From positions 288,001 to 352,000 of the forward strand of contig CAVXYC010000014.1 of assembly GCA_963765765.1 (NCBI GenBank): a stretch of 64,000 nt of DNA, in the 5' to 3' direction. The position numbers and the translations under genes were made by a program. The notes under the pieces are model-generated. The model was not told where the DNA came from, made no database searches, and was given only the letters and a program-made list of their open reading frames with translations. The stretch comes from an uncultured Chloroflexia bacterium (GTDB taxonomy: Bacteria > Chloroflexota > UBA6077 > JACCZL01). Below, piece by piece: positions 49,487 through 61,477 of this stretch (its first letter is position 1; every line of letters starts with the position of its first letter).

Positions 49487-50149
49487 CTAATGGATCAAGC
49501 CGAGCTTGGTGGCCATTGCCACGGCCTCGAGACGGCTATGCGCATCGAGCTTTGCGAGTATGGCACTCACGTGGGTTCGAATCGTGGCCAAGCCAACACC
49601 GAGCTGCTCACACATCGAGCGCGTATCGAAGCCGTCCGCCATCAGGTTCAGCACTTCAAGCTCGCGCGTACTGAGTCGCTCCAGGTAGCGATCCTTTTCA
49701 GCATCTCGTTGACGTCGTCCGCGCAATGCAACCATGAGGCGCGTCATGGTCACTGAGGGAATTAAGATCTCCCCCGCGGCCGCCTGGTGAATGGCCTCGC
49801 CAACTTCGCGGATGCCGGTGCTTTTGAGCAGAAACCCGCTCACCCCAGCTTCAAGCGCTGCAAGTAGCGCCTCATCGGAGTCGTCCCGAGTCAACATGAC
49901 GATCGGCGTACCCGGCAGCTCCTTGGACAACGCCGCCGAGGCCGCCGCACCAGTCATGTCGGGAAGATGGTGATCCATCAGAATCACATCCGGGTGCTCG
50001 CGACTTGCTAGCTCGATTCCATCTTTCCCTGTATGGGCTACACCGACGATGGAGATGGCTTCATCGGCCTCCCAGAGCTGGCGGAGCGCGTCTGCAAGTA
50101 CAACGTCGTCGTCCACGATAGCTATCCGTGTACGACGGCTATTCGTCAT
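49487..50149 (-). CDS. NarL/FixJ family response regulator
   Basis: IAIVDDD, PDVILMD, GFLLKS, LSTRELEVL..TIRTHV..KL..HSRLEAV; start overlaps the kinase stop (ATGA). Confidence 0.95.
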   Translation of the reverse strand: MTNSRRTRIAIVDDDVVLADALRQLWEADEAISIVGVAHTGKDGIELASREHPDVILMDHHLPDMTGAAASAALSKELPGTPIVMLTRDDSDEALLAALEAGVSGFLLKSTGIREVGEAIHQAAAGEILIPSVTMTRLMVALRGRRQRDAEKDRYLERLSTRELEVLNLMADGFDTRSMCEQLGVGLATIRTHVSAILAKLDAHSRLEAVAMATKLGLIH

Positions 50150-52230
50150 TTGGCGACTGTCTCACGAAGTCTCTGTCCTGCGATGCGCTCGGAGCTAGCG
50201 TCACTCGCCTGTGGCTCTTGAATCGGCAATGTGACATGGAATGTAGAACCGCGTCCTGGCTCACTCTCCGCCCATGCCCAGCCACCGTGGAGCTCAGCGA
50301 TTTGCCGCACAATTGGCAGGCCCAGTCCGATCCCTTTGATGCCGCGATGTCGCCCAGATTCAACGCGAGCGTAGCGTTCAAATATCGCCTCTTGCGATTC
50401 CGGCGGGATACCGAGCCCTTCGTCAGTGACCCATAGATGTAGATGGTCGCCTTCCTCTTTAGCGCCAATGGAGATCACCCCACCGTCTGGCGAATACTTG
50501 ATGGCGTTACTGATGAGGTTAGCCAGGATCTGGGCCAGCTTATCGGGATCAACTAGGATCGACCCAGTGGATGGCTCTATGGAAGTCTGAAAAGTGTGGC
50601 CGCTGATGCTTGGCCCGGCCTGTTCAACCACATCACTGACGATCATCTCCAGATTAACCGCGCCCAGATGCAGATCGACCCTGCCGAACTCGAGTCGGTC
50701 GAGATCCAGCAGGTCATCTAACAGCCGCCCCAGTCGTTGAGCCTCGGAGCAGATGATACTGGCGTATTCGAGCACGTCCGAGGAGTCAAGCCGATCGTCG
50801 CGGATCATCTCGCTGAAACCTCGAATAGTGCCGAGCGGAGTACGGACTTCGTGAGACATGACCGAGAGAAATTCGCTCTTAGCGTCATTCAGCTCGGCAA
50901 GCTGCTCGTTCCTCAGGCGTAAGGCGGCTTCGCTGGCGACTAAGGCGGCGGCGCCTCGTTGATCGGTGACGTCCTGCATGATGGCCATGCCCGCGACATC
51001 ACCTTCCTGGTCGATCGGAAGGACGTGCATGTTGTAGATGCGATCGGCGTATTCCAGATCGAAAGACGCCTGATTGCCGCCAAGCGCCTCACGAAAGCGT
51101 GGAGCTAATATAGCAACGATTTCGGGTGGAAACACTTCCCAGACCGACTTGCCCTCCACCGACTTCCCGGAAAGTCCAAGCTCTGGGAGTCCCTGGCCAT
51201 CGGCGATCACCTGCTGCAGGTCTGAACCGAAGAGCAGCACGATGCCGTTCGGGAAATTGCTCACGACGGCGCGGTATCGCTGCTCACTTTGCTCCAGGCT
51301 CGTGCGAACGTTCCGACGCTCAAGGCCCAATATAGCCAAACAAAACAGGGGTACACCGACTCCCAGAAGAAAGAGCTGCAGCTCGAACACGCTGGCATCA
51401 ACGTCGAGCCCAACGAAGGGACCAAAACCGTTGACCACACCAGCGATTGCCAGCGCCGTGACCAGGGACAGGGCCAGAGACAGGCCCAGAGGGCCGAACC
51501 TCACCGCGGCCCAAATGAGCAACGGTACCTGCAGATACAGCAGCGCCGCAGTCGTGGTTGGACCCTCGATGCGGTTGCCGAACACCAGTGATCCCACGAT
51601 GAGTATGGCCAGGAGTAGTGAGGCGGCCTCAATTACCCGTCGGCGCGAGCTCCGCCTGAACGCCGCGATAGCTCCCTGAGCGATGAGCAGGATCGTTGGC
51701 GCAAGCACCAGGCTCGCCAGCACGTCCCCGAGAAACCAACCCTCAAACGCCGGCCAGAAAGCGTTGCCCGCAACTGCCCTCGACGTTGCGCCCCACATAG
51801 CACCAATGACGGACCCAATTGCGACGCAGATGACGTACAACGCCCACCTCGCGCAATTGCATGAACCGCGGCGGCAGCGAAACGAATTGTCGGAGGAGAA
51901 GCGCTGCCGCGAGCGGCTCGAGAACATTCGCGACGTTGCTCACGAGGGCATACCAGCCGGGAAGGCCCGAACAGACCATCGGAAGGCTCGATGTCAATAT
52001 CCATCCAGTAGCATGACCAGGTAGTACGTAGCAAGAAAGATGCACCAATGCCGGATTGGAGTCACCAGGAGCACGCACAGGATGACAGCCTGCGGTGGAA
52101 AGAATGGGTAAGGAAGCCCATTCGAGGCGGGCTAAAGCGCATAGGCGGCATAAAATCCGCGGCTTAGTCTGTAGGCGATCGAGGCGAACAGCCCAACGAG
52201 TAGCCAGAACCACGGCTTCGCTAGGCCATG
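50146..52230 (-). CDS. MASE1-PAS sensor histidine kinase; N-terminus disrupted by indels, start uncertain
   Basis: WFLGDVLASLVLAP, PLLIWAAVRFGP (MASE1), SHEVRTPL, NLISNAIKYSP, DEGLGIP, GIGLGL. Confidence 0.88.
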
Positions 52231-53260
52231 TAGATACTCAGGTAACCGCCATCCGGACTGGGGCGCGATCGAATCGCGCTGCCTACTAATTTCGATCATC
52301 AAGGCCACCCGGGCTTGATCACTCTGGACAAGCCCCTCAAATATTTGGCGGCACGTTTTCGAGAACGTCGACGATTCTCATGATCGCCGTTTAAGGAAAT
52401 GCGGCCCAGGCTGCCAGACCTAAGATCGCCCCGTATTTAGCTCCATACACTTGTTGAAGAGACGTCCCGCAACGTTGAGTCGTTGTAGGGGCCTTCCTGA
52501 CGTCTCACTCATCCTACTGCGCCTGGCAAATAGACTTCCATTATTAAGTAGACGAGTAACGCGATATAGACGTGCGGATAAACCGACAGGGCCGCGGCGC
52601 CCAAAGTCATGTTTAGTTTGGCCCAGACAGGCTGACGGCATATGTGTGGAATTGCACATTCGGCATGCCAGATGTCACTTCGAAGCAGGTCTTCGAGCTT
52701 GGACTGCAATCGTGGTGGTCTGGTGACTGAACCAGAGCCGAATCCGCGGCCTGAACGCTCCTAGTCATTTCATGACGGTGAGTAAGGCTGAGTGGACGTG
52801 CGTGAAAAGATGGAGGGCTAATGGTCACCTGCATCACGCGCATCGCGGCCCAGCAAGTCTGACGTTTGCTGACGCGGAACGGCGATCTGCCGGAGCCTGT
52901 CCGCGCCACACTTAAACGGGGCCGCCATCGAACGAATGGCTGCTGACCCAGGTGTTGAATCGAGCCAAAGCGAGGCGATCGGGTGGCTTCAAGCGACATC
53001 ACGGCTCGCTGGGGCTCTGCGGCCGAGGCCACCACTCCTGCTCGGATCTCAGCAAAAGCTGACTCTGTGACTTTCCAAGCTTGCCATTTCAATGTCAGAC
53101 CGACGAGGCCATTACGATCAACAGTACGGCGATACATCGACGCGGCGTACGTCGTCACCCATGGTGAAATTTCCGTCTACGTCGCGCCGCTCGCCTGGTT
53201 CGGACCGGATCATGGCCTCGCGGGATCGGGAATCATCCCAAACGTTTGAGCGATGAACAG

Positions 53261-53785
53261 CTACATCCTCAATGCGGCGACGATCGAGCCAATTCCTCCG
53301 AGGATCGCCATGAAGCCAAGCAGGAACGGTAAGGCGACCACGCCGGCAAGAGGATTGAAGAGCAGGGCAAGGCCAAACAACACGCTCAGACCACCCAGAA
53401 TGCCCACTCCCCAGCTCTTGCTCGAAATTCCCTGAATCACCCCTGCGATCCCCAAGCCCATGCCCAGCATTCCGACCACGGCGATGAGGATAGTCGGGAC
53501 GAGCACCGTCGACCAGAGTGGGTGCTGGACGATCAAAATTCCAGCCATGATACCGAGCATGCCACCGAGGAGCTTCCAACCCCAGCTCGTTCGGTCAAGA
53601 AAAATGCTAACGATTGAGAAGATTCCGGCCACGAGCCAATAGAGTCCGAGGCACTGAATAACCACAACTGAGGTCTCGCCCGGCGCAGTTAACATGAGGG
53701 CGCCGAGGATGAGAGCGGCAATTCCCCCAAGCATCGGCAACCAGCGGGGTGTCTGCGTTTGAGCAGGTAATGTCGTAGCGGCCAT
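53261..53785 (-). CDS. HdeD/DUF308 family membrane protein
   Basis: WL.MLGGIAALILG..TAPG..GLYWLVAGI, WGVGILG.LSVLFG..LLFNP; RBS AGGAG. Confidence 0.88.
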   Translation of the reverse strand: MAATTLPAQTQTPRWLPMLGGIAALILGALMLTAPGETSVVVIQCLGLYWLVAGIFSIVSIFLDRTSWGWKLLGGMLGIMAGILIVQHPLWSTVLVPTILIAVVGMLGMGLGIAGVIQGISSKSWGVGILGGLSVLFGLALLFNPLAGVVALPFLLGFMAILGGIGSIVAALRM

Positions 53786-54214
53786 GATTCTCTCCTTTCC
53801 TTATATGACCTTTTCCGGGCAGTCTAGCTTCGCTGGCGACTGCATACGGGGTAACAACTGACACCTACCCCGGAGTGCCATGCCGCACATTGCGATGGTC
53901 GCATCGAGTCTCGCTTTTTTACCGGCTTCTCTTGTCCACCGCGGCTTTCTGGGATCCCGCAACCCCTTGAGCGGCGAGCCCTCGCAAAACGCTGGCGCAG
54001 ATGTTCCAGCGCCGATGACAGGACCTCGATCCCTGGGCGCGGTCTCATCGGTCCCTGGTCTATCGTGGTCGAGCATCTTCATCACCTGGGTGTGCGTCTT
54101 CCCGACGGCAGGCCTCACCTGGTGAACACCGCTCGTGTCGTGGCCGAGCTTCTGGGACGCCGCATCGAACCACTAACCGATGGCATCCAAATATCGTGTC
54201 GAGATGCCTAGTCC

Positions 54215-54625
54215 TCAGGCGTCGATGTGTCTGAATTCGCATTGACGACGCTGGGAGCTTCCATTGGGCCTGGGGGCGGGTGAGAGCTGATTGCGATCAA
54301 CGAGACCCAATTCGATTGCTCGAACCGCCGCCTCGGTTCGGCTAGCGACGCCAAACTTCCTGAAAATTCGCCCAAGATAGTTTCGCACCGTACCGGCACT
54401 CAGATGCAGCTCGTCGCCAATCTGCTGATTGGTGGACCCGCGAACGAGCTCACGAATGATCGAAAGCTCACGTCCGCTGAAATTCGATGGAGCGCTGGCA
54501 GTGTCTTGCGACTGCTGATCGATAAGCTGGCCGATCAAATCGTGCAGTCGCTGCTCCCGTTCCAGAAGCTCACGAAGCAAGCCTTCTTGCATTTCGGTCC
54601 GCTTCCTCTCGGGCAATCGGCGCAC
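54215..54625 (-). pseudogene. Coiled-coil + LuxR HTH fragment, truncated paralog of the C-terminus of 40364-42595
   Basis: TNQQIGDELHLSAGTVRNYLGRIFRKFGVASRTEAAVRAIELGLV vs TNQQIGSRLHLSTGTVRNHLGRLFPKLDVVDRTQAAVRAIELGLV. Confidence 0.7.
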
Positions 54626-54886
54626 TCCCGGGGCCCAACTTTTCGAACTGGGCGCGCAGTCGGACCATGATTTAGACTCGATTCGTTACCCGGACGATAT
54701 GACTCCGGTACGGCGGATGCAGATGACAGATGACACGCGGGACGCATGCCAGAGAACACATCGGAGCAATTCGTCTGCAGATACCAAGGCCGCGGACGCG
54801 TAGGAGGACAGGTCCTGACGGATGCCTATACAGGCCTAAAACGCTTCTCCATCGCAAACTCGGGGATGGGAGCGAGGTAGTCAAAG

Positions 54887-55444
54887 CTATCGAGGCGGTC
54901 GAGGCCCGGACAGAATCAGCGGCGGAAGGAAACGCTTAAGGAGGAGATCGCCGCGAGCAAGCTTGACCAGGATGGAGGAGATCGTTGCGCTGCGAGCTCT
55001 GGACAACCTGGAAACAGCATCCTGAAGGCAGTCAAATTGTCCAACAGGCCACCGGCGGCTACATCGCACAGGCCGAAGGTGGAAGCACGGCCAATGTTCA
55101 GGTGGATTCCCCGAGGAGTTGACCAGGCAAACTCGACCGGTCACATCCTGAACATCGCAGAGCAGGATGGTGACGCCTCCGGTGGCGAAGTTAGCCAGGT
55201 CGGCCACTGTCGCCTGTCCCTCCGGGCTGCTCATCGCGCCCTGGAAGGCCTCAAGATCGTCGAAATCTAACTCGGCCACGAGGTGATACGGTGACTCGCC
55301 CTCCACTGCCTGGGGGGCAGCGCTGATCGTGTAGCGGCGCAGCCCCGGTATCCTGCGGGCCTTGGGGATGTGGGTTTCTTGGTAATAGCGGTCGAAGGCC
55401 GTCGGATCCGACGGCCGACCGTAGAGGGCAAGCGCGCGCACCAT
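54887..55444 (-). CDS. EthD family protein; domain is the first ~100 aa, the tail is probably read-through
   Basis: ALY..P.DP.AFDRYY...H.P....PGL, AEL.FD....Q.A..SPEG.A...DL.NF; RBS GGAGG. Confidence 0.85.
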   Translation of the reverse strand: MVRALALYGRPSDPTAFDRYYQETHIPKARRIPGLRRYTISAAPQAVEGESPYHLVAELDFDDLEAFQGAMSSPEGQATVADLANFATGGVTILLCDVQDVTGRVCLVNSSGNPPEHWPCFHLRPVRCSRRWPVGQFDCLQDAVSRLSRARSATISSILVKLARGDLLLKRFLPPLILSGPRPPR

Positions 55445-55980
55445 GGTCGCCTCCTCCGCACGTGTGAGAGCTAGTCTACATCACGCCCCGACCGCGCCCG
55501 TCGCGATTCGTGAAGACCCTGCTATCGCTCCGAGCTGATCCAGAGCCTTGCCGGTGAATCAACCCTTCCGCATCCTGCCATGTCCCGGGGCCACCGGCGG
55601 CACCGGACTGGGGCGCGGAGCAACGCCCGCGATAGACCGGTGCTACCCGGTAGCGGCGCAGAATTCGTCGAGCACGCGGCCCCGCTCGCTTTGCTGCCTC
55701 GCTGATAGCAGCGGCCGCTGCATACTCCCGCACGCTCGTTCGCCGCACCGATCCGACCTCCCGTTCGAGAAGAATCGTTTTGATGCAACGATCTTTCATT
55801 TCGAGAGGAAACTTGTGATGCAATTCGTGTTGTTGACAGTCAGCCGACAATTGGCACACTGCCACGCAAGTTCGACTTACCGGTGCGAATGACGGGAGCA
55901 CAGCTGAGGAGGGCCAGGCGGTTCGTCGGGCGACATCAGCCGGTCCAGTAAGCCCCGTGGGTGTTCGAGAGGATCGTCGC

Positions 55981-56334
55981 ATGAGATCCAAGCCCTCGCC
56001 TCTTCTGGCGCTGGTCGGCGCGGTCATCCTTGTCATGGTCGCCTGTACGCCGGCGCCGACCAGTGCCCCAAAGCCGGAGACCGCGGCGGCCAAGTCAGAT
56101 GCAGCCCCCGCGAAACCCAGTAGCGTCCAGCCACAGGGCAAAGACGGAGCCGGCCTCGACCGCCGCTGCTCGACGGACTCGCAGCGGGCGCTGGCCGACG
56201 CACGGGCCAGGTACTACGAGGCGGCCAGAGTCGAGGGGAAGCCGGTGATGTATGGGAACACCCTCTTTGGCAGCGCGAATCGATCCTTCTTCGACAGTTT
56301 GGGGCCCATTTTCCATTGGAGCCGGATGAGTTGA
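55981..56334 (+). pseudogene. Truncated ABC substrate-binding lipoprotein
   Basis: Lipobox VMVAC, Pro/Ala linker, YYEAARVEGKPVMYG (compare AAKREGSVLVYG in the paralogs), then a premature end. Confidence 0.6.
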
Positions 56335-56522
56335 CCTGGGTCTACGTGATCGACCCTGAAACGTGCGCCGCACCCGCCGCACTACGACGTGACGAAGCTC
56401 GGATACCATAGCAAGTCAGAGAGACCGATGACGCTCCCGCTTAAATGGCACTAGCCTCAACATTCGCCCAGCGACACGTATCCAAATTGTCTATGGAGCA
56501 AGTCTTCCTTCGCAGCTGTTCT

Positions 56523-56592
56523 AGCGAAGAATCTTACCCATCGGTGTTTTTCTAATCCGGCGGGGAGGATTTTCGCCGTGTTCAGGATGACA
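56523..56592. repeat. Degenerate REP-like hairpin
   Basis: AGCGAAGAATCT...GGATTTTCGCC..TTCAGGATGACA, same family as the 32533 and 44397 clusters. Confidence 0.6.
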
Positions 56593-56644
56593 CCGACACC
56601 ACTGAAGATCTTCTGCGAGCCGTCGGACTCACTCTTGCGAGATC

Positions 56645-57907
56645 CTAGTCCGACAGGGGAACCGTTTCTCGCTGCGGGCCTCCTTGCTGTGCCTCCCAGT
56701 GCTTTATCTGGGCGTTGACACCGTTCTCGAATTCGGCTTTGGAGATGCCGTCGGGTAGTTTGGTGAACAGCCCCAGGCGGTGAAGGTCCGCGGCGAACTC
56801 GGACTGTGTGTCAGTCAGTAGCATTGTCGGGCCAAATTTGCCGCCGCCTACGACCTCGCCTTTGAGCGCCTCGGGGATGTAGCTCGGAACGTCCTTGCGG
56901 ACGCTGCGATGCTGGTCCAGCCTGCCGGGAACATCCTGACCTTCCTTGCTGAGGAACCAGTTCGTGAACACCAGCGCGGCGTTCGGATGCGGTGCTGCCT
57001 TGAGTATGCCGAGCGTCAGCGGATTGCCCACCAGCAGCGTGTCCGGAAAGGCCAGGATCTTGAGCGGCGAACCCGCCTTGGAGAGCTGCGCCAGGTTGCC
57101 GGCGTTAACGCCTAGGCCGATCGCCACCTCACCGCGGCCGGTTGCCGCGCCCTGGTCATTGGCCGGGGAAGAGCAGCATGTTCTGACTGTTGTAGTACAG
57201 CCAGATGTCATCGAGGCTCCAGTTGCTGGTCACGTAGCCGTGTTGCACGAAGCGCGCGGCCAGGTCGCCGGTGATCTTGGGGTCCACGTAGGCCATCTTG
57301 CCCTTGTACTTCGCGTCCACCGCAAGCTCGTGGTAGCTCATTGGATAGTCCGCGACTGGCAGCAGGCTGGTGTTGACAATGATGTGGCCGTCGTATTGGC
57401 TGGTGGGTCGGTAAATTGGGATATCGCCGTCCGGGCTCATCGCCAGCGGCTGGATTCGCCAACAGAGGCCGGCTCTTTGAGCACCGGGAGCGGCTTGTCC
57501 TTGATGACCTGGAAGAGGTTCTCGCCCTTGAGCTGACGCACGAACTGCGAGCCGCCGCCGAACACGTCCGCGGACGGCTGGCCGGCCTGCGTCTCAGTTT
57601 TGAGGCGCTGCGCAAGAGGCGCGCCGCTGGCCCCGCCGACGATGTCCAGCGTGATGCCGGTGGCCTTGTTGAACTGATCGGCGAATGCCGCGCTCTCGGA
57701 CGCCTGTACCAGGTTCCCGTAAATCAGAACAGTGCCTTCGCGCTTGCCAGCCTCAACGATCTTCTGCCACTGAGGGACCGTGGTGGTTCCGCGGATTTGC
57801 TCGCGGGGCATAGACGGCGCGTAGCTGCAACAGAGTCGTAAGTAGAAAGATCGTGAATTGCGAGAGAAAAGACTTGCTGATGCCGGGACCTCCTCGCGAC
57901 TGCTCAC
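56645..57907 (-). CDS. ABC substrate-binding protein (AfuA/FutA-like fold), split into three ORFs by indels
   Basis: WQKIVEAGKREGTVLIYG, P.SY.EL..D.KYKGK, APHPNAALVFTNWFLSKEGQ; start uncertain. Confidence 0.8.
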
Positions 57908-58815
57908 GCGATCTCTGAGTTCAGCAGATCGGCTAACGCTGCGAGAATTGCCTCGCGCTGCGCGGGTATCAGATCCGCCTGCTGGATGACAGCCAGGTTG
58001 GCTTCGTGCCCAGGTGTGTGCTGGGCGCTGGCGGCTTCACGCTCCGCCAGGCCCACTCGACCCCAGATCATCCGATCCGCGCCGATCTGCTGAGCAGCCC
58101 GGGTAAGTCTCCGGCGGCACATTGGCGATGGAGTAATAGATGTTGCGGTGCCGCAGCCCCGACATGAGCGCCGCCTCCACGTGCCGCAGGAAGCGTCGCC
58201 CATGTGGGCGACGATGATCGGTACGTCCGAATACTCCAGCGCCACTTCATCCAGGTGAATCGGATCGCGATATCTGAGCGGCACAGGGACATACGTAGAC
58301 GTGCTGCCCTCCCCGCCATGGCGAGTGAGGCGAAGCGTACCCGCATCGTAGACGGTGCGAATGTAGACTGGGACCTTGAATGGCCGACACAGGTCCATGA
58401 TCGGCCGAGCTTGAGGTACAGCTCCTCGGGTGGCACGGGGTCGAAGCGCTCCAGCGTAGCTCTCCCACCCCCAGGAACCCCATCTCATCGAGCTCACGCA
58501 TGAGTAGCTCCACAGCCTTCGCAGTCATCGCCGCGTTACCCACCCGCGGCTGGTAATGACCGTAGCCAGCGAAGCCCAGCAGACGATCTGGATATTGCTT
58601 GACCGCCGCGCCGAGTTTGTCATTGGTGACCTGGATACCGCCGCACATCGCAAGAGATTTACTGACGCGAAGCGGTCCATCGCCTGGATCAGCTCGTTCA
58701 CATACCAATCACGTGGCCCATTTGGTGAGCCTTGGCCAGGATTCGGCAACGGATCCATCGTCGGTGGGGAGATTGAATCGGCTTCGTCAGGCCGATACTG
58801 ATCGATGTCCATCAT
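57904..58815 (-). CDS. Amidohydrolase_2 family protein, several frameshifts
   Basis: YPDRLLGFA, ELDEMGFLGVGEL, DPIHLDEVALEYSDVPIIVAHMG, GADRMIWG. Confidence 0.8.
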
Positions 58816-58881
58816 GCCGATGGGTGCGTCTGAACGTCGAGAATGAACACGTTACCCGACTCTTCCGTCGCTGACCACTTC

Positions 58882-58963
58882 GTCATCCTGAGCATAGTGA
58901 AGGCTCATTCCCGCCAGACCCAGAGACGCCGATGCGAAGACCCTTCGCTGTGTACAGGATGAC
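58882..58963. repeat. REP-like hairpin
   Basis: GTCATCCTGAGCATAGTGAAGG...CCTTCGCTGTGTACAGGATGAC. Confidence 0.75.
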
Positions 58964-58980
58964 AATTCATAACGGCCCAC

Positions 58981-60225
58981 TCACTCCTGGAGTGTGATGA
59001 CGTCCTGTTGTGGGCCACCGTTCTTCGATTCCCAATCCTGAATGAACCGATTTACTGAGCTCTCGAACTCCTCGCGGCTCTGCCGTCCGGGAGCTTCTGG
59101 AATAAGCCGGCCGCATGGAGACTGCTGCCAAGCTCGGATTGGGCGGGCGTGAGGGCTGAGATGCCGCCCTTCTTGCCGCCGCCTATGACATCGCCTCGTA
59201 GAGGCTCAGGGATATAGCTCTGCACGTCCGTCGCAAACCTCGCGTCTGCTGGAGACGGCTTACTGTGTCCTGCCCATCTTTCGAGAGGTACCAGTTGATG
59301 AATACGAGAGCGGCATTTGGGTGTTGGCCACCTTTCAGGACGCCCATGGTGTTGGGATCACCAAAGAGTGGGGTATCGGGGAACGACATCACCTTGATCG
59401 GGGCTCCGGCCTTCACGAGCTGCGCCAGCGTGCCCGTATTTGGCGGGATGCCGATCGCCGCCTCGCCGCGCGCCGCACGGCGCCCGGATCGCTCGGGCCA
59501 GGGAAGAGAAACATGGACTGGTTGTTGTAGAGCGACCAGAAATCACGCAGCGGCCAGATGTTGCCGACGTAGCCATAGACCACATAACGGGCAGCCGCCT
59601 CGCCGGTAATCTTAGGGTCAACGTACACGATCTTGCCCTTGTATTTCGGATCGATAGAGAGCTCGTGGTAGCTCTTTGGGTAATCGGCCTCGGGTAGCAG
59701 ATTCGTGTTGACGACGATGTGGCCCTCGTACTGGCCGCTGGTGCGAAAGATCTGTATGTCGCCGTCCGCGCTCATGGCTAGTGGATGGAGTCGCCAGACG
59801 GTGGCCGGCTCCTTGAAAATCGGCAGCGGCTGATCCTTGATCGGCGTGAAGAACCCTTCGCGCTTGACCTGGTGAACGAAGATCGACCCACCGCTGAAGA
59901 TGTCCGCCGTGGGCTGGCCGGCCTGCACCTCGGTGCGAATGCGCTGGGCAAGGGGCGCGCCGCTGGCCGCCTCGACGACGTCGATGGTGACGCCGGTGGC
60001 TTTCTTGAACTCCTCGGCGATGGCGGTACCTTCGGCGCCCTGGAGAACGCTGCCATAGACAAGCACGGAGCCTTCACGCTTGGCCGCTTCAACGATTTGT
60101 TGCCAGGCGGGATCCTCACTGGATGCGCTCGAAGAAGGATTGGCAGACGAGGATGATTGGGCTGGGGCGCAGGCGGGCAACGCCAGCGTGGCCATCATCG
60201 CGACTAACCACCACATTCGCTTCAT
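58981..60225 (-). CDS. ABC substrate-binding lipoprotein, paralog of 56645-57907, several frameshifts
   Basis: Lipobox LPAC; WQQIVEAAKREGSVLVYG; HPNAALVFINWYLSKDGQ; C-terminus EFESSVNRFIQDWESKNGGPQQDVITLQE. Confidence 0.85.
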
Positions 60226-60547
60226 AGCGGCCTGCTCTCGTCCGCGTGGCACGCCAAACGTTCAGCCAATAGCCAGCGGGGTGCTCTTCCGAACGAGTGA
60301 CTGCCCGACAGTCTAGCGCTAGGCGCGGTCTCGTTCAAACATATCCGCCATACAAAATTTTGGGCTTGGAAAATGCCAGATTACGCAGATTGACGCGGAT
60401 GTGTCGTGGTGAACGCGGACAGTGCCGAGACGAATCCTTATTTTCTATCTGTATGAATCGGTGAATAAAGTGCGGATCGGTCATCTTGCGGCTTCCGCTG
60501 AGCTGGAGCACAATGGCAAACGGCTCGTGTCCAGAAGGGGGCCTCAC

Positions 60548-61353
60548 ATGTTTGTCAATCGCGATGGAGCTCGATTGTATTGTCGAGTGGAAGGCCACGG
60601 TGAGCCGCGCTCGTGTTCGTTCACGGTGGCGGCGTGGATCATTCCACCTGGGATGAGCACATGGAGCACTTCGCTCGGCACCACCGCGTAGTTGCGATGG
60701 ATCTGCGTGGGCACGGTCAATCGGATCCGGCCGAGGCGTATACTCAGGAGTTGCTGCGCGATGACCTCGCAGCGATCATTGACGAGTTGGAGCTGGCTCC
60801 GGCTGTCATCATCGGAGCTTCACGCGGAGGCGGCATTGCCAATAGGGTGGCGGTGGATTGCCCGGGGCGCGTGAAGGCCTTGGTCTTTGTGGACTACGGA
60901 GCGGCTCAAGGTAAGTCACCTGAGAGCTCATCTTGGAAGTCCACGCCTCAGGATTCTGTCCAGCAGTTCGCCACGCTGGCGATGGATTGGCGGGAAGCCG
61001 GCGCGCGAAGGTTGGTGGACTCATGGTTTCCTGAGCCAGAGGTTCCCGAGTCGCTCAAGGAGCGGTTGGCTGGGCTGTGTATGAAGACGGACCCCGCTGT
61101 CGTGAGTGATATGCGCGTACGTGAGGCGGAGGAGCCAGATCGGGAAGAGTACCTGGAGCGGATCAGCGTGCCGACATTGATACTTCAGAGCGGGAGCGGT
61201 CGGCACCAGGGTCGTGAGCAGGGCAAGTTCATCCATGAGCGGGTAAAAGGCTCACAGCTCTTCTACTTCGAAGGCCGAGGGCATGGATTCTTCATGAGTG
61301 CGCCCGAAGAGTTTTGGAGACGAGTGGAGGATTTCCTGGCGACGCTGAACTAG
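60548..61353 (+). CDS. Alpha/beta hydrolase, frameshift near 60610
   Basis: DGARLY..EG.G.P, FVHGGG, MDLRGHGQS, nucleophile elbow GASRG, GRGH. Confidence 0.88.
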
Positions 61354-61477
61354 GCGCACGTGGCTCCGCCGCTTAATACGAGCTCGGCAGCCGTGGAGCG
61401 GAGTCCCTAGCGCCGGTACGGACTCACTCCACATACGATCACTGGCGGGCAGGGCGCCGGCTCCACGGCTGCCTGTG

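Noticed and set aside
52420-53250. ORFs between the MASE1 kinase and HdeD
   Set aside because: No recognisable domain or RBS; probably intergenic or decayed sequence.
55860-55980. Possible riboswitch in the leader of the truncated binding protein (CTTAC...GTAAG closing stem after a TTGACA promoter-like site)
   Set aside because: No match to riboswitch consensus sequences I know; the pairing is unremarkable for GC-rich DNA.
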